A DNA stretch of 32,000 nucleotides from Wolbachia endosymbiont of Dirofilaria (Dirofilaria) immitis (GCF_013365455.1 NZ_CP046578.1:120001-152000); one strand, 5' to 3'; shown: positions 17,637-27,647, counted from the stretch's first letter. Translations and numbers: made by a program. The notes: generated from the letters alone by a model not told the origin.

Positions 17637-20038
17637 GATGTTGATTTTCCTGGAGGCTGTGATATTTGAGGTGTTGAGCTTCGAGCTCCTTGTGGTACTT
17701 CAGGTCTTTTGCTTGTTATATCTGACTGTTGAGTAGCACTTCTTTCTTGTATTTGAACACTTCCTTCACCTAATCCAGCTATTTCCATTAAGCTTTGCTG
17801 GTATTGTTTTCCAGGTTCGCTCATTATATAAACACTAAATAGCGAGTCAGATATTTTCGAGGAAGCTTTGGTCAGAGCTTCCATAGCATAACCCAAAATA
17901 ACAAAAGCTATCATAGCAGCAACATTAGGTGCATACTTAGAAGCATATCCATAGAAAATACAAGGGTTGAAGATTCTTAGGTTAACGCTAAGTATGCACG
18001 TAGAACAGACTTCAAAGTCAAACATTGAATATATGACGTGATCCATAGCTTGGCTTACCAATGATATAAAAATGAAGAGTATTGCTGGATGAATTGTAAA
18101 TCTCGCTAAATTTTTGACCCAGTTATAGAACATCTGCCTAGTATACGTAAACAAAAGGCAAATAATGAAAATAGGTGCTAAGGAAAGTAATAATGTAACT
18201 ATTGCTATAGATGTAATAAAAGAAAATAGGGCATTAAAAGTAGACAATACTACTTTTATTAAACCCCAAATCACCAGGCAAAAAGCTACAATGCCTAAAG
18301 GGCCAGAAAATATTAGAGATATTATTAATAATATAGAGTTCGGAGAAAAAAATCTATTTAATGGTAAATCGAGAAACTCGAAAACATTTGATGTTGTACC
18401 TCTAAAGTTTGCCACTTCTATTAACTGTTTTGGAGTGTTAATAAAAATAGAGAATGCATTGTTGTAAAAAAAGTTCCAGCTATCATCTCGCAATAGCTGG
18501 GTAATGATTCCTATCTTTATACATGCAATTAAAAACTCGTATATAGAAACATAGGTTAAGCCAAGAAAGTAATAAAGAGTATGCAGGACTATATATAATA
18601 CTAGCAGTGATATTATTGTAGACCTAATAGTATTTGTTCTGCTTGATTTTATAAAACTCTCATAGAGAGATTTTACAGGGTTAGTATTAGAGTAGATTAC
18701 ATCAAGGTTGTTGTAGCTAGAACTAAAAAATGCGGTTTTTACTTTCTCATCAAAAAAATTATATATTGCACTAAAAGTTCTTGTAGTAGGCTCTTTAGTT
18801 ATTAGCTTGATACTAATCTGACCTTTATTTTTTTCATAGTTACACCCTTGATCTCTTATCCCGTAGTATATAGTGCCATTTTTATCTTTTAACTTTTTCT
18901 TCAATTTTTCCATTTCTTGAGTGTTATGAACTTTGCTGATATCTACGGATATATCTTCCTGATTTTCACCAGGATCATTCTTAGGGAATTTATCAGAAAC
19001 ACGTATATATAAGCTTTTTTCTAGATTAGGAACTCTTGTTACTCTTATATTGAAACCACCTTTATCATTTTTATCGTAACAACTCTCGTCATTTCTGCTG
19101 CATAAACTAAAAGTTAAATTTGGTATTTGATGGTCTTTATTCATTTTATAATCACAATTAGTGCATAAACCTCCATTAGGAATATATTCAAAATCTTCAC
19201 CATCCATATGAACTTTCAGGAGTGTAATGTCAGTTTTTACTTGTTTTTTTTTCAGAATGTTACTAATAGCTTTAACATCAGATTTGGATACCTCACTTTC
19301 TATGCTGTTATATTCAATGTATGCACAATCTATGTTTCTGTTACCAGAGGGGAATTTGCATATGCGTCCACAGAGCAAATTTAAAATGTGCGTATCTACT
19401 TCGCTTATTTGACTATCTGAAAGACTACTGCAGTTTATGTTTTCTCTTTTTATAGAGTTAATAATACTTTTGGCTTTTTCTTCTCTCTCATCTTGATCTA
19501 ACTTTAGAAAATTTAGATTCCAGTACTCTTTTCCATTTAACCATTCTACTTTGTCGCCTATTATGTATTTATTAGGACATATTGTATATTGATCATCTTC
19601 TTTATCCTTCCATACCTGACATTCATTTTGGTTTAAAATATGTGAAAAATACTCCTTTTCTTTGTTATTGCATTTTTTATCAATACTTATATATCTGATT
19701 GTCTCATTTTCTTTATCTTTACACACTTTACTTCCAATAACACTGAAGTTTATTGCATCGCCAGCTTTAAGAGCAAACTTTGATAATGTAACCTTTTCTA
19801 TCCCAGGCTTTATTGCAAAATCTTCATACTGCGGACAAAAACTGATCTTACTAGGTACTATACTAATTTCTGTTACTTTTGCTTTGCTTGAAATGTTAAC
19901 GTTGGAATCAACCCACTTCTGTTGTATTGAAATTACGTCAGATTTTTCGCGCAAGTTTAATAGACTCTCCGGCTTAATACAGTGATCTTCGCAACCGGAC
20001 AGCAGAAAGAGTGTTGCTATTAACAAAAACTTATGCAT
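17633..20038 (-). CDS. virB6: VirB6/TrbL-family T4SS protein, paralog 2
   Basis: 801 aa with lipobox LLSG|C (Cys16), an N-terminal domain of about 470 aa, and a TM core with MFYNWVKNLARFTIHPAILF. The C-terminal tail is Ser/Thr/Gln/Pro-rich. Confidence 0.85.
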   Translation of the reverse strand: MHKFLLIATLFLLSGCEDHCIKPESLLNLREKSDVISIQQKWVDSNVNISSKAKVTEISIVPSKISFCPQYEDFAIKPGIEKVTLSKFALKAGDAINFSVIGSKVCKDKENETIRYISIDKKCNNKEKEYFSHILNQNECQVWKDKEDDQYTICPNKYIIGDKVEWLNGKEYWNLNFLKLDQDEREEKAKSIINSIKRENINCSSLSDSQISEVDTHILNLLCGRICKFPSGNRNIDCAYIEYNSIESEVSKSDVKAISNILKKKQVKTDITLLKVHMDGEDFEYIPNGGLCTNCDYKMNKDHQIPNLTFSLCSRNDESCYDKNDKGGFNIRVTRVPNLEKSLYIRVSDKFPKNDPGENQEDISVDISKVHNTQEMEKLKKKLKDKNGTIYYGIRDQGCNYEKNKGQISIKLITKEPTTRTFSAIYNFFDEKVKTAFFSSSYNNLDVIYSNTNPVKSLYESFIKSSRTNTIRSTIISLLVLYIVLHTLYYFLGLTYVSIYEFLIACIKIGIITQLLRDDSWNFFYNNAFSIFINTPKQLIEVANFRGTTSNVFEFLDLPLNRFFSPNSILLIISLIFSGPLGIVAFCLVIWGLIKVVLSTFNALFSFITSIAIVTLLLSLAPIFIICLLFTYTRQMFYNWVKNLARFTIHPAILFIFISLVSQAMDHVIYSMFDFEVCSTCILSVNLRIFNPCIFYGYASKYAPNVAAMIAFVILGYAMEALTKASSKISDSLFSVYIMSEPGKQYQQSLMEIAGLGEGSVQIQERSATQQSDITSKRPEVPQGARSSTPQISQPPGKSTS

Positions 20039-20079
20039 AGCCTACCTAAGCTTTGATCACTTAAATGTTTAAATATCTA

Positions 20080-22626
20080 TTACTCACTTTGACCACCACT
20101 AGTAGCAGTATCTTTTGTAGAGTCAGTAGTAATATCTTTTTCAGTGCTTTTGCTAGTATTAGTGCCAGCATTTGTAAAAGTGAATCCACTGTTGCTTTGG
20201 TTATCAGCGCAAAATCTTATGCTTTCTATACTTTCTTTAGCTTTCTTGGCAGCTCCAGCAGTATCTCCAAATTGGGCTTTACCAATAGCTCCGGCAATGG
20301 CTTTAGTTGCAAAAAAGGCTTTTGACATCATTTTTCCAGGTGTAGCGCCAGAGCCAAGTGCTGACCTTGGATTGCCAGCAAGTTCTGCAGCTATATTAGG
20401 GAGAATATTTAAAAAGTGATAAAATAGGAATAATACTATAGCTAGTTTTAATAATTCTCCGATAAGAGAACTGCTAAACTCCATGTATGTAAAATCGAAT
20501 AAACCAAGTATGCTACTTTTTTTAAAGTTGTAGTTTTGTATCATGCATGCAAGAGTGGTTTCATTTTTATTACATTCTCCATCTTTTAATTTAAACCACT
20601 GTTTTTTGTTGTTTAATAATGTGATTTCTTCTTTTTCGAAATGTAAATCTTTAAAGTAGATTTTATCGCATGCTATAAACATAAAGGATAAGAACGCAAA
20701 GAGCATAACTGGGTATAGACTATAAGTGATCAATTCCTTCAACCAACCATCAAAGTATCCTTTAGTGTGTTGGAATAAAACCATAGGAATAAACAGGGGT
20801 GATAAAGTGATGATTACACTTAAGGCAATTAGAGATAAAATAAATATATAGCACATCCACAAAATAACCATCATCATCATAACTGCTGTAAATATGCAAA
20901 TAAGAGCTGTTAAAATCTGTCCGCCAGCAAAAATGATGCCGATTATTGAGCCTGTTACTAATAAAACAGGAGCAGCACCGAGTAAAATAGCTAATATTCC
21001 TACACCGCTAGTACCAATTTTTCCAGCGATTCCATCTAAAGGTGCTCCTAAGTAGAATAAGATTCTGCAATCAAGCCTATCCCAGAGCGCAAGATAAATG
21101 TCTTCTCCATATTTTTCTGCTTTATAATTACATATGTTTTTACCTTCAGATGACGCCTTCAGCACTATTTCTGATAAACCTTCTGAAAGTTTTGTTAACT
21201 CCCTATAATAATGAGACATGGTACTACCTGTTGTAAAGTAAATTACTAGAGCAAATTTGATAATCAGCATATATATTTCTTGTGAACTGCGTACTCCACC
21301 GGATACGACTTTTATAGAGAACAGTATTAAAGCTAAAACTAAGATAGCAGTTACAGTATTTTTTAGCCTTTTTTGTACTATAGATATAAAGCTCTCACCG
21401 TTTGGTGTACCTTTGCCTGTGACTAGGTTATCTAATGATTCCTTAATACACTGTACTACCATAGAAGTTATGGGAATAGGTGCTAATGATTTACTTCCTG
21501 CCTGATTGTAACAAGCTTGTGAGACATAATTTTGAAAACAATCTTTGTTATCATAACCTATAAAGATTTTTCCCTCTTTTTCATTATTTCTTATAATAGT
21601 TTTGTAATCTTCATCGGGACCAATAGGGGTTAGATTGCCAATATTAAATTTTATCTTAGATTCCTTACACATGGGAGCAATTAAGTCAGGTGGTAATTCC
21701 GTGCATCCTATATCAACCCCTTGTGGCCAAGGGGTCATTCTAATGCCAAGTGTATTAACTTCAGCTAACTCCACACACAACCTGCCTGTTTTTCTTACTG
21801 CTTTAAACATTGACCCATATATAGTTTTGCTCTGTCCGGCCTTGAGAACTTTACATTCTAGCCCGCCATCAACTTTTGGTGACCATGACCCATTTATATA
21901 TCCAGTATCTTTTTCCCTAACATCAAAATCTATGTATCCAGGTTTTTCTCTAGAGTCAAAGTCGTTCTTCTTAAAAAGATTACCAAATGTTAAAGGATTG
22001 CGATGGCATACTTCTATGTATTCACTATACTGCACACCATTTTTTGGCCAGTAATAATGATTTTTATTAATATTAATAATATCCCAGTTAGCAAAGTCTA
22101 AGATTTCTTTTTCTGTTTGTTTTCCATTTTTTCCAGACTTTTCTTTTAATGCAGCAAGATACTCGTCTTCTGTTTGAAAGTTTTTATTTACGAGTATGCT
22201 ATAGCTTGTGTCTCTTAATGTAAAATCCTTATACTTTCCATTATGATCGCGTGCAACTGGGTGCCTAACAAAGCTGTGCTCACAAATTACAAGTCCTCCT
22301 ATTGCTTTCCAAACTCCAACGATTGTAGCTATCATTCCAACAATAATGAGACTAGTAAATAAACTAGCAGAAGAGACAGTTAAGACAATACCAGTAAATA
22401 TTGCACCAACAGCAATTGCTATCCCAGCAAGTGCTGGAACTGTTTTAAACACTCCGCAGTCAGGGTTAGAGGCACGGCTAAAGCTTCCAGTAAAATTGAA
22501 TCTGCTAACAAATTCTGTCCTATCAGTACCACTTACTACGTCTGCGAAAGCCGGATATAAGAATAAGAAATCTATATTTAGTAAAAATACTGCAGTTAGT
22601 AGTAATGACAGTTTGGTCTTAAACAT
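20080..22626 (-). CDS. virB6: VirB6/TrbL-family T4SS protein, paralog 1
   Basis: 848 aa with a signal-like N-terminus (..YPAFA|DV) and no lipobox Cys. Two early TM helices are followed by a soluble domain of about 300 aa, then a polytopic core with YFDGWLKELITYSLYPVMLF. The start overlaps the virB4 stop by 8 nt. Confidence 0.85.
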   Translation of the reverse strand: MFKTKLSLLLTAVFLLNIDFLFLYPAFADVVSGTDRTEFVSRFNFTGSFSRASNPDCGVFKTVPALAGIAIAVGAIFTGIVLTVSSASLFTSLIIVGMIATIVGVWKAIGGLVICEHSFVRHPVARDHNGKYKDFTLRDTSYSILVNKNFQTEDEYLAALKEKSGKNGKQTEKEILDFANWDIININKNHYYWPKNGVQYSEYIEVCHRNPLTFGNLFKKNDFDSREKPGYIDFDVREKDTGYINGSWSPKVDGGLECKVLKAGQSKTIYGSMFKAVRKTGRLCVELAEVNTLGIRMTPWPQGVDIGCTELPPDLIAPMCKESKIKFNIGNLTPIGPDEDYKTIIRNNEKEGKIFIGYDNKDCFQNYVSQACYNQAGSKSLAPIPITSMVVQCIKESLDNLVTGKGTPNGESFISIVQKRLKNTVTAILVLALILFSIKVVSGGVRSSQEIYMLIIKFALVIYFTTGSTMSHYYRELTKLSEGLSEIVLKASSEGKNICNYKAEKYGEDIYLALWDRLDCRILFYLGAPLDGIAGKIGTSGVGILAILLGAAPVLLVTGSIIGIIFAGGQILTALICIFTAVMMMMVILWMCYIFILSLIALSVIITLSPLFIPMVLFQHTKGYFDGWLKELITYSLYPVMLFAFLSFMFIACDKIYFKDLHFEKEEITLLNNKKQWFKLKDGECNKNETTLACMIQNYNFKKSSILGLFDFTYMEFSSSLIGELLKLAIVLFLFYHFLNILPNIAAELAGNPRSALGSGATPGKMMSKAFFATKAIAGAIGKAQFGDTAGAAKKAKESIESIRFCADNQSNSGFTFTNAGTNTSKSTEKDITTDSTKDTATSGGQSE

Positions 22627-25024
22627 TTTTTACTCTCTGGTAGAATATAGGTAACCATCCTTTCGGGTCATCTCCGACTTCTTTTAATATATCATGTAAT
22701 AATAAAGCACTTTCTGCACGTCCAGATAATACATTGACTATGTCATCTAAGTCTTTTAGGTCTATTCTAGCCACGACAGCATTAGCTCCTTGTTTTACCA
22801 AAAAAAACCTAGTAGTTGGGTCTGTGTGCTTGATTAGTATGTATTCACGTTCAGTTAACATAAAAACATCACGATAGATGCTAGTAGCTTTTAAGTTTGG
22901 TAAAAAAATTTGTGTTGCTGTTTGTTGTATAAGTGTATCACTAATGGTGCTTTTGCTTGCATCTTCAACACTCTGAGTGGCAAAAATCACAAAAGCGTTT
23001 AGCTTCCTTAGCACTTTTAACCAGTCTTTTATCTTAGGCGCAAAGACTGGGTTATCTATTAATGCCCATGCCTCATCAAGAACAATAATAGATGGAGTGC
23101 CATCAAGAGAAATACTAATCCTATGAAATAAATAGGTTAAAACCGGTCCAAGAGCAATAGAATCTTTGAGCAAGCTAGCCATTTCAAAGCCAAACACTCT
23201 TGCCTTTGAAAAATCTAGCAAATCCTCTTTGTTATCAAATATTGCAGCGTGAGAACCATCACCATGCCACATAGATATTGCTCCAGCTAAGGTACCAGGG
23301 CCTGCAAGTCCTAAAAATGGCACGAGATTTCTTAAGAATCTGTCTTCTTTTTTTAACTTAAAATTTCCTTCAACTGCGTCATTAATTCTAGCAATATCTT
23401 CTGAAGTGAATTTATCATTATACACTAAGATTAAAGACTTTATCCATTCCATTAGAAATGTTCTATTGTCAGGAGTGTCATCAAGTTGCAGAGGATTGAA
23501 ATTTGTTTTAGTTCTTGGTTCTATTGGAATATAAACACCGCCAAGTGCTCTTAAGAAAATCTCTGCGCCGCGATCTTTATCAAAAAAGAATATTCTTGGA
23601 GAAAATTTCATTGCTTGAGCACATAAGAAATTCATTAAAACAGTTTTACCAGAACCAGTTGGACCAATTATCATAGTATGTCCAACATCCCTTATATGAA
23701 AGTTGAAGAAAAATGGTGTACCAGATGTTGTGTCGAAAACTGTAACAGCATCTCCCCAGTGATTGTTAAATTTATTACCAGTAGGATAATTATGTTGAGA
23801 TGCAAAGCCAGCCAGGTTAAGACTGCTTATTGTACCTTTTCTCACTATATAATCGAAATTGCCAGGGATTTGTGCCCAAAATGCTGGCTCAAGATTAACC
23901 CTTTCGCGGATAGGGTAAACACCACAATTAGAAAGCTCTGATTCTACTAGCGATAAAGCATTATCTAATGACTTAGGGTTTTTCTCTATACATAGAATAG
24001 TTAAGTGATGTTCGCCAAACACAATCTTGCCACTCATTGCATCATCAAGCGCATGAGAGATTTCTGCTATTTGAGAAATGGCTTTATCTGCAGATTGTAT
24101 CATCCTATTTTGTTGTATCTGCATTTTTGCAATTGCTATTTGCCTATTTGTAAATTGGAAAGACTGTGTGATGATAAATTCATAGGGAAGTTGTAAAAAG
24201 TGATCAAGCATTCCTGCGTAAGTGTTATTTCCATATTCTTTGATGCTCACTATTCCAGCATATTTGCTCTCATTGTGAGTCACGACCTGTATGGTCTTGC
24301 GGCCAAAAAATAACCTATGTACTGGTAAGTATCTCGATATTTCGGTTTTTAAAGGAAAAAGCGTATTTGTAATGAGGCCACAATTTATTATTCTAGATAA
24401 GAATTCCATTATTTCACAGAATAGACCATTTGGGGTTTCTTTTACTCTAAGAACCTTAGGCGAATAATTTCTAAGGCTTGTTACTACACGGTTTGTTGTT
24501 TCTTCTAAGTCTTCATAAGTAGCACGCATGTCACTTTCCCAAGCATGTTTTGAAGTTACATGTCCGAATTTTTTTAGTAAGTATGATAAAAATTCTACTC
24601 CTTTTGTATCTGCCCTACGAATAATTGTAATATATAAGTCATTGATAAATGATTGCCTTGTTGAGTGTTTTTTTCTCCATTTTAGATTTACGTAATTAGC
24701 AAAGAAATTTGGCAATTTTTGGCTTGTAGATTCATCAGAAAAAATATTTTTTTTACGCCTGATAGTATGAAAGTATAAACTAAATGCTGGAGACGAAATG
24801 CTTTTCAGCATCTGATTTCTGATATTGTTCTGTATTATTAGATCTTCATCATCTGCTGTTTCAAATGCAAAACCATTTAGTTTTATAAACTTAACTAACC
24901 AATTCTGTTTTGTTATTAAGGTTGTACTATTCCAATAGTAAGAATAAGGTATAAATTCAGCAGTATGAACCTCTCTATCTAGAATAGATTTGTTTTTTGA
25001 TTGGGTAGCTCTAAACCTTAGCAT
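22619..25024 (-). CDS. virB4: T4SS ATPase VirB4
   Basis: 801 aa with Walker A GPTGSGKT and Walker B IIVLDEAW, then FATQS, and full-length VirB4/CagE-like organisation. It lies directly downstream of virB3. Confidence 0.97.
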   Translation of the reverse strand: MLRFRATQSKNKSILDREVHTAEFIPYSYYWNSTTLITKQNWLVKFIKLNGFAFETADDEDLIIQNNIRNQMLKSISSPAFSLYFHTIRRKKNIFSDESTSQKLPNFFANYVNLKWRKKHSTRQSFINDLYITIIRRADTKGVEFLSYLLKKFGHVTSKHAWESDMRATYEDLEETTNRVVTSLRNYSPKVLRVKETPNGLFCEIMEFLSRIINCGLITNTLFPLKTEISRYLPVHRLFFGRKTIQVVTHNESKYAGIVSIKEYGNNTYAGMLDHFLQLPYEFIITQSFQFTNRQIAIAKMQIQQNRMIQSADKAISQIAEISHALDDAMSGKIVFGEHHLTILCIEKNPKSLDNALSLVESELSNCGVYPIRERVNLEPAFWAQIPGNFDYIVRKGTISSLNLAGFASQHNYPTGNKFNNHWGDAVTVFDTTSGTPFFFNFHIRDVGHTMIIGPTGSGKTVLMNFLCAQAMKFSPRIFFFDKDRGAEIFLRALGGVYIPIEPRTKTNFNPLQLDDTPDNRTFLMEWIKSLILVYNDKFTSEDIARINDAVEGNFKLKKEDRFLRNLVPFLGLAGPGTLAGAISMWHGDGSHAAIFDNKEDLLDFSKARVFGFEMASLLKDSIALGPVLTYLFHRISISLDGTPSIIVLDEAWALIDNPVFAPKIKDWLKVLRKLNAFVIFATQSVEDASKSTISDTLIQQTATQIFLPNLKATSIYRDVFMLTEREYILIKHTDPTTRFFLVKQGANAVVARIDLKDLDDIVNVLSGRAESALLLHDILKEVGDDPKGWLPIFYQRVKNV

Positions 25025-25033
25025 TGTATAACA

Positions 25034-25327
25034 TTAAGTAATGTCGTAAGAATTAGCTCCATGATAGAGACGGTTTGAACATCTTGAGCACTTTCTTAAT
25101 TTTACCATAAATAGTTCAATAAACAATGGTTCTTTTGTAGAAGCTATATAACCAAGTCCATGTACCCCAAATAACATCAAGAAAGTTCTAAAATCATTCG
25201 TATTAATAAAGATTAGCATGCAAATTAAAATATTTAATATTGCAAACATATAACTTACACCAAAGAGCATTGCAGGTCTTGTAAGGCCTTTAAATAATTG
25301 ATTTGTTTGTATACTTCCTGTAGACAT
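25034..25327 (-). CDS. virB3: T4SS protein VirB3
   Basis: 97 aa with LFKGLTRPAMLFGVSYMF followed by two TM helices, the typical VirB3 signature. It ends 9 nt upstream of virB4. An SD-like AGGAAAG precedes the ATG. Confidence 0.9.
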   Translation of the reverse strand: MSTGSIQTNQLFKGLTRPAMLFGVSYMFAILNILICMLIFINTNDFRTFLMLFGVHGLGYIASTKEPLFIELFMVKLRKCSRCSNRLYHGANSYDIT

Positions 25328-25392
25328 TTTTTATCTTTCCTGAATAATAGCTCTAACACTAATACTACATTATTAATTAAAAATCCATTGAA

Positions 25393-26970
25393 ATGAGTAG
25401 CTCTTTAGGTAAGATAAGTAATGTGAATTCAATGACGACAAGCTGGCCATTTCAGGAAGCAGAAAAAATATTGCAAAAATTTCCTAGTCAAAAGGAGATA
25501 ATATTTGAAGCTGGTTATGGACCTTCAGGTTTTCCCCATATTGGTACTTTTGGAGAGGTTTTTCGTACTACAGTTGTTGCGAATGCACTAAAAGAAATAG
25601 CGCCTGGTATAAAAATTAGAATCATTGTAGTTTCTGATGATATGGATGGCTTACGAAAAATACCAGATAATATGCCGAATCAGGAAATGCTAAGAGAGCA
25701 TTTAAATAAGCCATTAACTATGATACCAGATCCATTTGGCACCCACGAAAGTTATGGCCACCATATGAATTCGCTGTTGTGTAAGTTTCTTAATTTGTTT
25801 AGCTTCGAGTATGAATTTAGAAGTGCTACAGAGTGCTATAGATCTGGTGTTTATGATAAAAAACTTTTACTTTTGCTAGAAAATTACGATAAAGTGATGA
25901 ATGTAATGCTTCCATCGTTCCGAGAAGGAAGGCAGCAAACCTATAGTCCGTTTTTGCCAATATGTCCAAAAATTTCTCAAGTTTTACAAGTTCCAATAAT
26001 TGAAAAGGATACCAATAAGGGGACAGTCACATACAAGGATGTAGATGGAGAGAAGATAGAGGTTCCAGTAACAAGAGGTAGATGTAAATTGCAATGGAAA
26101 CCAGATTGGGGAATGAGGTGGGCTACATTTAGAGTTAATTATGAAGCTCATGGAAAAGATTTGGCTCCATCTGCTATACTTTCGAGTCAAATATGTGAAA
26201 TTCTTGGAGAAAAGCCGCCACTTTTATTTTGCTATGAGTTTTTTCTTGATAAGGAAGGAAAGAAAATATCAAAATCAAAAGGAAATGGTATTTCAATTGA
26301 AGAGTGGCTCACTTATGCTCCAGCAGAGAGTTTAGCGTTATACATTTTTCAGAATCCTAAAAAGGCTAAACGTTTGCATTTTGATGTTATACCAAGGTCG
26401 ACTGATAAATATTTGGAGTTTGTTAAGCGTTATAATGAGAATAAAGAAAAGTGTATAAATAGCCCTGTATGGCATATCCACCAGGGTAATGTTCCAAATG
26501 TAGAAATTTCAGGTATCAGCTTCTCGTTGCTTTTGAATCTGGCGGCAGCTTGTAATGCTGAAAACAAAGAGATTCTTTTAGGTTTTATATCCACTTATAT
26601 CTCAAATATTACACCGGAAAATGGCAAAATGCTCAACAGTCTTTCAGACTTTGCAGTTAAGTATTATCATGATTTTATCAAGCCAACAAAAGTATATAAA
26701 ACTCCAAGTAAAGGGGAGAAAGAAGCTTTGCTAGATTTGAAGAATACCTTACATTCTCTACCTATTATGGCTACTGCTGAAGAAATTCAATCTTACGTCT
26801 TTTCAATTGGAGAGAAGCATAATTACAGCAGTTTACGCGATTGGTTTCAGTTACTATATAGAACATTACTTGGCCAAAAAACTGGTCCAAGAATGGGATC
26901 TTTCATAAAGCTTTATGGGGTAGATAATACAATTTCTCTTATAGATCGTGCTATTAAACATACACTTTAG
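25393..26970 (+). CDS. lysS: Lysyl-tRNA synthetase, class I
   Basis: HIGH-type motif PSGFPHIGTFGE and KMSKS-type motif KISKSKG, with class I LysRS length and layout. The start could instead be ATG 25432 (MTTSWPFQEAEKIL), which matches the usual N-terminus better. Confidence 0.9.
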   Translation: MSSSLGKISNVNSMTTSWPFQEAEKILQKFPSQKEIIFEAGYGPSGFPHIGTFGEVFRTTVVANALKEIAPGIKIRIIVVSDDMDGLRKIPDNMPNQEMLREHLNKPLTMIPDPFGTHESYGHHMNSLLCKFLNLFSFEYEFRSATECYRSGVYDKKLLLLLENYDKVMNVMLPSFREGRQQTYSPFLPICPKISQVLQVPIIEKDTNKGTVTYKDVDGEKIEVPVTRGRCKLQWKPDWGMRWATFRVNYEAHGKDLAPSAILSSQICEILGEKPPLLFCYEFFLDKEGKKISKSKGNGISIEEWLTYAPAESLALYIFQNPKKAKRLHFDVIPRSTDKYLEFVKRYNENKEKCINSPVWHIHQGNVPNVEISGISFSLLLNLAAACNAENKEILLGFISTYISNITPENGKMLNSLSDFAVKYYHDFIKPTKVYKTPSKGEKEALLDLKNTLHSLPIMATAEEIQSYVFSIGEKHNYSSLRDWFQLLYRTLLGQKTGPRMGSFIKLYGVDNTISLIDRAIKHTL

Positions 26971-27647
26971 TTAGAATTAAGGAGAGAGGTTGCTTGATAG
27001 CTTGTAATTGATTTTTGTATCAGAATACTAAGGATATTTATTTACTTTCATAATCTCTGGGGTTGGCGATAAAAAATAATATATTTAGTGTCTCATATTT
27101 AGTTTTTATACTATGTGGTGGTGTATATTTTATAAACTTCTGTGATTTTTTTGCCTGTATAAGCGCTGAACGCACTTATAAAGTGTTGAAGATAGGTAGC
27201 AAGGAGCACATTTAGAGATTGGTAGGTAGTACTTAAATACTGGCTATTCTAGTCTTTTTACTTGGTAAGTTTCTCAAGTATTAAGGTGATTCATGAACAA
27301 ATATTTATTTTTTACAACAAGTGATGTTATTTTAGCGTCATACACTGTAATCTATATTTTTTTTGGTTTTAGTGTTGCCTACTTGAATACTACCCTAACA
27401 ATCTTTGTCTTTTTCTCTATTTAGTGATTTTTTTAATATTAATAGCTAAGTCAATTTAAGAGTCTAAGGGGATGTTATGCTAGTGCTTGGCATCTATCTT
27501 CTAAAGGTAGTTGTTTTTAAACTGTTATATCAGTACACTTGATACTAGGGCTTAGTAATGGTTTGATGGTAAAAAGGTAGAGATGTTCATATGGAATTAT
27601 GTAGTAGTAAAGTTATGTTCAAGTTTGCTTGATGTGAGGAGAGAAAT

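Noticed and set aside
11969-22654. Many 60-141-aa ORFs inside the virB6 genes. Most are antisense (for example 14725-15150, 18165-18467, 19662-19985, 20144-20419, 21635-22054, 22346-22654). One is in an alternative frame of the same strand (12838-13149).
   Set aside because: All lie wholly within long, well-supported minus-strand genes and have low-complexity Ser/Leu/Phe/Ile-rich translations. They have no start context. This is what I expect from the reverse strand of TM-rich, AT-biased coding sequence.
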